Sequence record: PP355768.1
Length of the DNA stretch: 33,000 nt
Reading direction: 5' to 3' (one strand)
In this document: in pieces, positions 25,199 to 33,000 of the stretch
Layout: each line of letters starts with the position of its first letter
Numbering within the stretch: position 1 is the stretch's first letter
Position numbers and translations under genes: made by a program
The notes under the pieces: generated by a model
The model's input: the letters and a program-made list of their open reading frames with translations, nothing else
The model's database searches: none
Told to the model about the DNA's origin: nothing

Positions 25199-25530
25199 TG
25201 ATGCTGAGCGTAAAACCGGTGGTATGAACGGTGTCGGTTCTGCGTTAACCAACATCTTTTCAGTATCTTTTACTGGTGCAACATGCGATGGTAAAAATGA
25301 AATCATTGTTCGTTGTTCTAATGGCGCAGAAAATATCTCCTGGGAAGAACATCCAGCAAAAGACAAAGAACACCGATGATGCTGAGCGTAAAACCGGTGG
25401 TATGAACGGTGTTGGTTCTGCATTAACGAATATTTTTTCTGTGACATTTGTGGGTGCAACCTGTGATGGAAAAAATGAAATCGTTGTCCGCTGTTCAAAT
25501 GGCGCAGAGAATGTTTCTTGGGAAGAACAT
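25198..25530 (+). CDS. gp39: Topoisomerase II large subunit, two tandem allelic fragments
   Basis: ERKTGGMNGVGSALTNIFS...VRCSNGAEN (GHKL ATP lid), twice. Confidence 0.92.
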
Positions 25531-25882
25531 CGCTCGTGAAATTGCAGAGTCTCTTGAGAAAGAAGGAATTAACTTAATTACGATCGTCGGAAATCATGAC
25601 ATGCACTACAAGAATACGTTGACGCCTAATGCATCAACCGAAGTTCTTGGTAAGTATAAGCATATTACTGTTATTGAAAAGCCCGTGACTATGGATTTTG
25701 ATGGGACTTTGATTCCCGTTGCTCGTGAAATTGCTGAATCCCTTGAAGGAGAAGGAATTAATTTAATCACTATTGTAGGCAACCATGATATGCACTACAA
25801 GAATACGTTGACACCCAATGCATCAACTGAAATTCTTGGTAAGTATGACCATATCACGGTGATTGATAAACCTACGACTATG
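25528..25882 (+). CDS. gp47: gp47 internal fragment, two tandem alleles
   Basis: ITIVGNHDMHYKNTLTPNA phosphoesterase motif, twice. Confidence 0.92.
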
Positions 25883-25884
25883 CC

Positions 25885-26205
25885 TACCCGCGTAATTGAA
25901 TTGTTGAATTGCCTCCGATGATAAGAACTTCACCATTACTACCGCCGGCTCTAATTCCAACGTTTGCTAATGGACCCATGCTCAGTTTACCAGCGGCGCC
26001 ATAAGCTATTTTTATTTCGCCCGTGTATGTACCGCCGCGGGAAACAATGGGCCAATATTTCTGGTCGTTATCACGAATAGCAACAACGTTTTCAGTAACA
26101 ACGAAGTTATATGGGTTGGCTTTATCGGATTTCGAGTATGCTAAAAATTTAGTCCCTCGCGGAATTACAACTCTCAGTGTGCTGCTTGGGTTCATGGCCG
26201 CGCGC
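25885..26205 (-). CDS. gp6 allele (26045-26205) joined to a tail-fibre allele (25885-26045)
   Basis: IPRGTKFLAYSKSDKANPYNF, then [22 protein letters not shown]. Confidence 0.75.
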
Positions 26206-26495
26206 TGGATAATACCAAATTTGAGTGCGGTCTTGATACTTGTGCTCTTGGGTCCAATCTCCATCTTCTATTAAAACAAAGATTTCTTCTGCATCATCGT
26301 CTGGTGCATTAGGCGGATATTCGAAATCGTAGTTGTCGTCCCAGACCGCGAGCAGGATAATACCAAATTTGAGTACGGTCTTGATACTTATGCTCTTGTG
26401 TCCAGTCTCCATCTTCTACTAAAACAAAGATTTCTTCTGCATCGTCGTCTGGAGCATTTGGCGGATATTCAAAATCATAGTTGTCGTCCCAACGA
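26205..26495 (-). CDS. modA.3-like protein, two tandem allelic fragments
   Basis: EEIFVLxEDGDWTQEHKYQDRTQIWYYP, twice. Confidence 0.6.
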
Positions 26496-26496
26496 C

Positions 26497-26790
26497 ATGA
26501 TGGTAGGTAATACTGCGGGTTACGGCTTCGCTGGTGAACAAACTTCCGACCATTGGGGCTTAGGAGATAGGTATCAGAATCCTAACCTTCGCAATAACGG
26601 CCAATATGCAGGTGAAGGTAATACAAATAGAGAAGGTGCTAGATGCGATGGTAGGCAATACAGCAGGATACGGATTTGCTGGGCCGCAAACTGCTGACCA
26701 TTGGGGATTAGGAGATAGATATCAGAATCCTGACCTTCGTAATAATGGTCAATATGCCGGAGAAGGTAATACAAACAGAGAAGGTGCATC
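26497..26790 (+). CDS. gp13: gp13 middle segment, two tandem alleles
   Basis: MVGNTAGYGFAG...RYQNP...GEGNTNREGA; bridges the 8141 end and the 9066 start. Confidence 0.9.
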
Positions 26791-26792
26791 AA

Positions 26793-27085
26793 CGTTTGTT
26801 AAGCGTTTTCGATATACAACTTTCTCTTTTTGTTTAAACCGCTCATGTGCTTTCTCAACAGAGACCCACAGCTTAGCGGCTTCGGCTGGAGTGATATCTA
26901 ACGCCCTTGCAATTTCTTGAAAATCCTTTCCGTGGTAAAGATTTCCAAGAAATTGCGAGAGCATTAGATATCACTCCAGCAGAAGCTGCTAAATTGTGGG
27001 TCTCAGTTGAGAAAGCACACGAACGGTTTAAGCAAAAAGAAAAAGTCGTTTATCGGAAACGCTTAACAAACGTTGGTATAAAATC
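26793..27085. CDS. srh: Srh-like transcription modulator, two alleles head-to-head
   Basis: GKDFQEIARAL...AKLWV...KEKVVYRKR (recalled T4 Srh REKVVYRKR). Confidence 0.65.
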
Positions 27086-27087
27086 TC

Positions 27088-27240
27088 GTTGGTGGCGGAA
27101 CAGAAGATTCCAGCGGCATAGTTGAAATTGCTAAAAACGGTAACTTAACAGCACAAACCGGTAGAATTACCGCTAACGTATTTACTTCTAAACAACAACC
27201 ATCTGGTGTAGACGATTTAACTCGCAAAGATTATGTTGAT
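27088..27240 (+). CDS. Tail-fibre connector fragment (gp36-like)
   Basis: ...PSGVDDLTRKDYVD. Confidence 0.65.
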
Positions 27241-27395
27241 ATGTACTTGGGTATCGTTTGTCAGATTACCAAGTCCGACGTCAGCCTTAGATGGCTTATT
27301 TGCTGTGCCGTAGAGAACATTAGAATTTACTCTTCCACTTGCTAAACCACTATCGTTTATAGCAAATACTCTGACATTACCAGTTGCGACAGGAC
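27240..27395 (-). CDS. Long tail fibre fragment
   Basis: LYGTANKPSKADVGLGNLTND motif. Confidence 0.7.
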
Positions 27396-27527
27396 CTAAG
27401 GTTCGTGGCGCTTGGATTGATAAGAACAGTGCTTCGTGGAACGTATTACTTGATTCTCGTGGGTCCTTATCAGGTATATGGGAAACAGGCTTTAATTTGG
27501 TTGTTTTTGGGCTAGCAGAGCCTAGTA

Positions 27528-27845
27528 AGCTCAAGGTGATACATTAAAAGGTTCAGCTTCTCCCAAAATTTTCAACACTAACTTCCAAGATTTGGAATTA
27601 GTTTATTGCGCACCTGGCCGCTGGGAATACATTGAAAATAAAACAGTAGACAAGCTAACTAATGGCACCATTAGTTAGCTTATCTACAGTTTTATTTTCA
27701 ATATATTCCCAGCGGCCAGGGGCGCAATAAACCAATTCCAAATCTTGGAAGTTAGTATTGAAAATTTTAGGAGAAGCTGAACCCTTTAATGTATCGCCTT
27801 GAGCAATTGGCGGTACAACATTTAGAGCAAATGTTAAAACCGTAG
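27528..27845. CDS. gp10: gp10 N-terminal region, two alleles (27528-27675 on +, 27670-27845 on -)
   Basis: GDTLKGSASP...FQDLELVYCAPGRWEY; leads into the piece ending at 7525. Confidence 0.92.
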
Positions 27846-28345
27846 ATGACAAGCCTGTGTGGGAAGGCCCAGGGTTTTATTCTCATGGCGCAGGATTCTT
27901 TTCTAGAACTGGCGATACAATGTCTGCGCTTAATATAGATTACACATGGGCGTACTCTTGCCATTTACACTAAAGATGAAGCCGATAACGTTGTTCAGCT
28001 TGCAGGTAAAGGGGTTCCTTTCTTAGATACCTCCGGAACTCTTAGCGTTGATGGAACTACTACATTAAAAGACAACGTACTGGGAACTAATAAGACTGTT
28101 AAAATTAATAGTGGAAGCTCTCTTGTCCTTGAAATGGGCGTAGGTTCTAATGACGCATACATTAAAAACCTGAGAGGAACTGGTGTTCTTCAATTAACCA
28201 ATGACAGTAATCTGACGTTCAGAAAATCTGTAAATTGCTGTCATTAGTTAATTGAAGAACACCAGTGCCTCTTTGGTTTTTAATATAGACGTCGTTAGAG
28301 CCTACACCCATTTCAAGAACAAGAGTGCTTCCACTGTTAATTTTA
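27845..28345. CDS. gp37: gp37 fragments, including an inverted allele pair near 28080-28345
   Basis: GRTLAIYTKDEADNVVQLAGKGVPFLDTSGTL; LVLEMGVGSNDxYIKN on both strands. Confidence 0.75.
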
Positions 28346-28351
28346 ACAGTC

Positions 28352-28905
28352 TTATTGGTAGATAACCCCATTAATAGTTGCTGTACTTGATACAGTCAAA
28401 GCTCTAGAAACTGCTGAGTTTCCATAAACTGTTTGGTTTCCATCTGCGTCAACTTTAAACACATCAGTGTAAGTTTCCGAAGCTGGATTAGCTATGGCGA
28501 TTCCATCAACACTGAGAGTACCAGAAGTATCTAAAAATGGAACACCTTTACCAGCTAACTGTACTACGGCATCATTTTCATCTTTAGTATAAATGGCAAG
28601 AGTACGACCATGTGTGTTCAACGCGATTTCAGTGGTATCACCGAAATCTGGTTTTGCATAACTATCAAAAATCTGTTTCATTGAAACAAGAATGCTTCCA
28701 GATGGTGCAGTAGCACCAGTGTCCTGATTGGTTTCATAGATAATTACTTTACCGCTATCTTGACCGTTGTATCTTGAGTAATATCTACTACTGATTTTCC
28801 GTTACCACCAATACCGAAGGCACCAACTTCCATCACATTTCCGCTAGATTCACCGACATCACGAACAGCTGCAGTACCTAAACCTAAGTTATTTCGAGCG
28901 TCTCC
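28352..28905 (-). CDS. Concatenated long-tail-fibre allelic fragments (gp34/gp37)
   Basis: ASETYTDVFKVDAD; EIALNTHGRTLAIYTKDENDAVVQLAGK; MKQIFDSYAKPDFGD; DARNNLGL. Confidence 0.7.
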
Positions 28906-29165
28906 TCGTTGTTCTGTCCTTTATCGTTGCGGTAGCGCTTGGAATTGTCGCCGTGTTCGGATTCGGAATTTATTTTGCCATTAATGCGATTGATATTATT
29001 CAAACTGATGGCCTTAAATCCTTAGTAGAAACCGTATGTTGTTCTGTCTTTTATCGTTGCGGTAGCGCTGGGAATTGTAGCTATATTCGGGTTCGGAATT
29101 TATTTTGCTATTCAAGCAGTTGATATTATTCAGACCGATGGCCTTAAATCTTTAGTAGAAACCGT
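28905..29165 (+). CDS. Membrane protein (trna.4-like), two tandem alleles
   Basis: FIVAVALGIVAxFGFGIYFAI...IIQTDGLKSLVETV; cf. recalled T4 trna.4 HQNGLKSVVETIW. Confidence 0.6.
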
Positions 29166-29430
29166 GGTCTTCATAAATGTCAACACCAGCTAAAGCCCCA
29201 GTATATTGAGGGTACTGATGATTAAAGTCCCCTTTATCATACCAAATGCCTGAATTTTCAGGATATTGCTCGAGGTTATAATAACGATTGCCGTTTATCT
29301 TCGTAAATGTCAACGCCAGCCAAAGCGCCAGTATATTGAGGATACTGATGATTAAAGTCACCTTTATCATACCAAACACCTGAATTTTCAGGGTACTGTT
29401 CTAGATTGTAATAACGATTGCCGTACGCAT
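29165..29430 (-). CDS. gp53: gp53 fragment, two tandem alleles
   Basis: YYNLEQYPENSGxWYDKGD...YPQYTGALAGVDIYE; continues at 17241. Confidence 0.88.
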
Positions 29431-29439
29431 CCGTACATT

Positions 29440-29695
29440 CACTCAGGCGATTGGCATTTAGGTGTCCGCGCAGATGACCCGTGGGTACAGGATGTACAAC
29501 GACACGGAATTAAGCAGCATATTGATTATGCCAAAAAGCATGGAATTAAAACTATCATTCAATACATACTGAATCCAAGTAGTGATTTCATTTTCTTTTG
29601 AATATTCAATCGCCTGTTGAATTCCATGACGTTGAACGTCTTGAACCCACGGGTCATCGTTGCGGACACCTAAGTGCCAATCGCCAGTATGTAGG
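29440..29695. CDS. gp47: gp47 N-terminus, two alleles (29440-29565 on +, 29568-29695 on -)
   Basis: GDWHLGVRxDDPWVQDVQRHGI on both strands. Confidence 0.9.
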
Positions 29696-30187
29696 GCTAA
29701 TGCTTCCCATACGCTTAAATCATATAAAGGTAATCCTTTGCTTTCTCGCGCGAAGTTAAGAACATCAATGGAACGAATGGGTTCTTCGATAGGAATAACC
29801 TTTGATAATTTTACTGAAATAGACTTGGTGGTACAGTGTTCAGAGCCAACACAGCGAGTGGTTATACTGGGGCTCCTTATTACTCCCATGGCACCGGGTT
29901 TTATGGAAGAGCTTCTGACACAATGGCTGCGCTTAATATAGATTATTCCAGGAGACGCATCTTCGCAACTGGATTTAATGATTACTGGCGGCATTGATTC
30001 CGGACATGGCAAACACTACGTTGATTTTATCACGTTATCTGGTCGCAATTTAACGTCCTGGAGCACTAGGTCTGCATCAACTTTAAACACATCAGTATAA
30101 GTCTCAGAAGCCGGATTACTTATAGCAGTTGCTGACGATTTAGCAACAGTGAATGTTTTTCCTGAAGCAAAGACCAGTTTAGAACCT

Positions 30188-30455
30188 GCACCACGGAACG
30201 GTTTACCAAATAAGGCAAAAGTAATAGCTTCGAGCATAGTACTTTTGCCACCACCATTCTTACCTGTGATTAAGGTCTTTTGGCATTTATCAAGTTGAAT
30301 GTCAATGGCCGCTTGGCCGCTTGGCCAGCCGCTGCGAAATGGTTTTCCAAATAGAGCAAAGGTGATGGCTTCAAGCATAGTACTTTTACCTCCACCATTC
30401 TTGCCCGTGATTAAGGTCTTTTGACATTTATCAAGTTGAATGTCAATAGCCGCCA
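30188..30455 (-). CDS. gp46: gp46 Walker A region, two tandem alleles
   Basis: KTLITGKNGGGKSTMLEAITFALFGKPFR, twice. Confidence 0.93.
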
Positions 30456-30683
30456 TTCGTATTACAAAATGTTTTAGCAATACGAAGTGAATCCGACATT
30501 GAATTTTCAGCATTAACAGAGAATGCCAATACTAATCCAAGAACCGCGGCGTACTTTATCATTATTCCACCTTTAGTTCGTATTGCAAAATGTTTTAGCG
30601 ATACGAAGTGAATCTGTCATTGAATTTTCAGCATTAGCAGAGAATGCCAATACCAATCCAAGAAGCGCGGCGTACTTTACCAT
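30455..30683 (-). CDS. Signal-peptide protein (possibly Vs-like), two tandem N-terminal alleles (starts 30562, 30683)
   Basis: MIKYAAVLGLVLAFSVNAENSMSDSLRIAKTFCNTN. Confidence 0.5.
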
Positions 30684-30694
30684 TATTCCACCTT

Positions 30695-30822
30695 TGTAAT
30701 TGCTCAGCATTCATATACACTTGGTCGGTTTCTGCCATGATATCATCAATATCCATAGTAGTACCGATGTTATTATTGAACCAACGGACGGTAAGAAGGT
30801 CTTTATCTTCAAACGCCGTGTA
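30695..30822 (-). CDS. gp10: gp10 fragment
   Basis: LTVRWFNNNIGT...IMAETDQVY (T4 ITWFNNDLGT...IIDETDNLY). Confidence 0.8.
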
Positions 30823-31060
30823 TTGATGTTCCAAAGGATGGGATGTGTTCAATTGGAAATCTTACAAGCAAAGATGAATGTATTAAGCTTGGAGGTAAAT
30901 GGACACCATCAGCTATTTCAGGTTCAGCTCCTCGTGGTATGTATTGATGTTCCAAAGAATGGAATGTGTTCAATTGGTAATCTTACAAGCAAAGAAGAAT
31001 GTATTAAGCTTGGGGGTAAATGGACACCATCCACTATTTCCGGTTCAGCGCCTCGTGGGA
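30818..31060 (+). CDS. gp8: gp8 fragment, two tandem alleles
   Basis: CIDVPKxGMCSIGNLTSKxECIKLGGKWTPS...SAPRG; continues at 23077. Confidence 0.9.
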
Positions 31061-31297
31061 AGCCAACGTTATCGGTGCTCCAGAAGGTGCAACTGGGGTT
31101 TATTCTTGGACCAAAGACGGTTCACCTGTAGAAGGCTCAACAAGCACGTTAGTGATTGACACATCTGATATAGGGTCTCAGCTGCTGTTACTGGAGCGCC
31201 CGCGGGAGCATCTGTGGCTTACTCATGGACCAAAGACGGTTCTCCTGTAGAAGGTTCTACTAGCACTTTAGTGATTGACACGTCTGATATAGGGTCC
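31060..31297 (+). CDS. hoc: Hoc Ig-like domain, two tandem alleles
   Basis: GAPxGAxxxYSWTKDGSPVEGSTSTLVIDTSDIG, twice. Confidence 0.75.
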
Positions 31298-31404
31298 TAT
31301 AATCTCTAGAGCTGTTAAAATGGAACTGACTTCCATCTTCAATATCAACGCGCCAATTTACATTAAAATTCCCACTGCCTTCTAAAACGATGGCATCATT
31401 ATAA

Positions 31405-31530
31405 CCGTCCCATTCCATGGGCGTACTCTCGCTATCTACACCAAAGATGAAGCTGATAACGTTGTTCAGCTCGCCGGTAAAGGTGTTCCTTTCTTAGATA
31501 CTTCCGGCACTCTTACCGTTAATGGAATTT
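31405..31530 (+). CDS. gp37: gp37 N-terminal region, third allele
   Basis: GRTLAIYTKDEADNVVQLAGKGVPFLDTSGTLTVNG. Confidence 0.8.
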
Positions 31531-31650
31531 AAAGGAAATATGGTCATTGGACCATTTAAACCAGGTGATATTAAAGAGAATACTCATATTCAGCCATATA
31601 CTGAAGACGATTTTGATAGAACTACTAATGGAGAAAGAACTCGTTAAGTT
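31530..31650 (+). CDS. gp6: gp6 fragment
   Basis: KGNMVIGPFKPGDIKENTHIQPYTEDDF; follows the piece ending at 4438. Confidence 0.8.
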
Positions 31651-31651
31651 C

Positions 31652-31870
31652 AGCGATCCAGATGACCAAGCATACGCTGACAGATTAACTCCTATTGAAG
31701 ACTTCCGTCGTCAGAAAGAATTCATGGATTCTTATCTTGATTCCTGTGATTACGACCAAGTTCAGTGACCCAGATGACCAAGCATATGCAGACAGACTGA
31801 CCCCTTCTGAAGATTTCCGCCGTCAACAAGAATTTATGGATTCTTATCTTGACAGTTGTGATTATGATTG
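31652..31870 (+). CDS. Acidic hypothetical protein, two tandem alleles
   Basis: FSDPDDQAYADRLTPxEDFRRQxEFMDSYLDSCDYD, twice. Confidence 0.6.
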
Positions 31871-31871
31871 G

Positions 31872-31978
31872 AAATACAGAATTCTTCTTTGGTGAAGGTG
31901 TGGCAGAAGCATCCGTGGCAGGAGGAGTTCTTGAAAGCAACTTCATTGGTGGATTAAAACCCACTAAAGGCGCGCAAG
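31872..31978 (+). CDS. gp6: gp6 fragment
   Basis: NTEFFFGEG...NFIGGLKPT; follows MRETV at 21818. Confidence 0.85.
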
Positions 31979-32205
31979 TCTAAAGGAATTGAAGACTCAT
32001 ATAAGTTCCTGTTTAAACTTCTTTATAACGAAGACGTCGAAATCGATATTGAGTCAAAGAACACTACCGAATATGACATTATTGTTGAAAGCCAAAGGAA
32101 TTGAAGACTCATACAAGTTCTTGTTTAAACTTCTTTATAATGAAGACGTTGAAATTGACATCGAGTCGAAGAATACGACAGAATATGACATTATTGTAGA
32201 GAGTT
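31978..32205 (+). CDS. gp7: Baseplate wedge initiator, two tandem alleles
   Basis: KGIEDSYKFLFKLLYNEDVEIDIES...EYDIIVES (T4 KGIEASYKFLFKVLYNEEV). Confidence 0.9.
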
Positions 32206-32339
32206 TAGTAAACGTAGTGTTTCAAGGAAACTATGCAGTTCTGCCTAAAGCTGATGTAGAGCCGACAGAATCACAGCGTCAAGGTTTAGTTTAAAAAATT
32301 GTTTACTTTACTACAAGGATGTGCTACATAATTTGTTCA

Positions 32340-32437
32340 AGCATCAGACCAATAATTCAGAACCAAAGGCAGGTGACCTGATTTATTTCCCGATGGATAA
32401 TTCGCTGTTTGAAATTAATTGGGTTCAACCATATGAT
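32340..32437 (+). CDS. gp14: gp14 internal fragment
   Basis: [26 protein letters not shown]. Confidence 0.9.
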
Positions 32438-32439
32438 TT

Positions 32440-32558
32440 CTCGTTTGGAAAAGATTCGTGAGTATGAAAAAACTATCACATCAATTAAAACTAACTTACG
32501 TAATCGCGAAAATCATCTTTCTCAATTTGTGCAAAAAGAAAAGAATGGAAGAATAGTA
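32440..32558 (+). CDS. srd: Srd internal fragment
   Basis: [29 protein letters not shown]; plausibly follows SDKE at 19950. Confidence 0.6.
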
Positions 32559-32670
32559 AATGTGTTCGCGCCGAAGGTTTTAGATTCGTTGCCGATAGCA
32601 TCCCATTGCCCATAACCTGCTTTAGCTGGTGAAGTAATAGTAAATTCAACAGTTAAACCATACTTTTTAT
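32558..32670 (-). CDS. gp11: Baseplate wedge/tail pin fragment
   Basis: KYGLTVEFTITSPAKAGYGQWDAIG (T4 [25 protein letters not shown]). Confidence 0.7.
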
Positions 32671-32674
32671 ATGT

Positions 32675-32900
32675 TACATACCATGGCGAACGCGATTGAA
32701 TATGTTCATCATGATTTGCCTTTACCTGGCGTGGTTTATGATAACAAACGTAAAATACTTGACGGTGATACGATGGAAGTCATCCGTATATGGCGAATGC
32801 TATTGAATATGTCCATCATGATTTGCCTTTACCTGGGGTGGTTTATGATAGCAAGCGTAAAATTCTTGACGGCGATACGATGGAAGTCATCCGTCCAAGC
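32675..32900 (+). CDS. Unassigned protein, two tandem allelic fragments
   Basis: MANAIEYVHHDLPLPGVVYDxKRKILDGDTMEVIR, twice. Confidence 0.55.
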
Positions 32901-33000
32901 TATGTTAGTAGAAAGCGTTCATTCTATTGATATTCTGAATTCCGTGAGGCAGCACAGAGGATTACCTGTGTATGATTTAAGCGCATGGGAAGCATTAGCT

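Noticed and set aside
27528-29695. Inverted repeats (gp10, gp37, gp47) suggesting invertible segments or hairpin ends
   Set aside because: Each arm is an allele of the same gene fragment; same cause as the gp9 fold-back.
30307-30335. GC-rich 8-nt repeat GGCCGCTT x2.5
   Set aside because: Sits exactly between two gp46 alleles and is too short to interpret; probably junction filler.
32301-32332. GTTTAC early-promoter -35 element
   Set aside because: The -10 element at the expected spacing is poor (TACATA) and a junction follows, so it is not listed as a feature.
20388-32900. Dense tandem near-repeats suggesting CRISPR, DGR template/variable repeats, a shufflon or gene amplification
   Set aside because: Repeat units are in-frame pieces of essential single-copy genes differing mainly at synonymous sites. 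There is no constant repeat-spacer pattern, adenine-specific mutation, reverse transcriptase or recombinase.

Overview
The window holds T4-like phage DNA (Straboviridae/Tevenvirinae; the host genus cannot be read from the sequence). It is not a contiguous genome segment. It is a patchwork of roughly 100 fragments from several closely related phage genomes, in both orientations, joined at overlaps of a few nucleotides. Fragments tend to shrink along the window, from about 0.5-1.5 kb early to about 0.1 kb late. Single genes (gp6, gp8, gp10, gp13, gp37, gp46, gp47, gp53, srd) are scattered in pieces that fit back together, and many pieces occur as two or three divergent alleles placed in tandem or head-to-head. 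This is what a k-mer superstring or unitig compaction of a phage pangenome produces, so the fused ORFs and most repeats in the ORF track are artefacts. Inside intact fragments there is real biology: six intact tRNAs plus remnants, a T4 species-I-like ncRNA with a predicted kissing loop, further structured RNA candidates, four candidate homing endonucleases, two capsid-targeted internal proteins, anti-CBASS Acb2/Vs.4 alleles, a Mod-type ADP-ribosyltransferase, and T4 early, middle and late promoters. Gene names come from remembered similarity to T4 proteins, not from a database search. Fragment ends are approximate, within about 10 nt.
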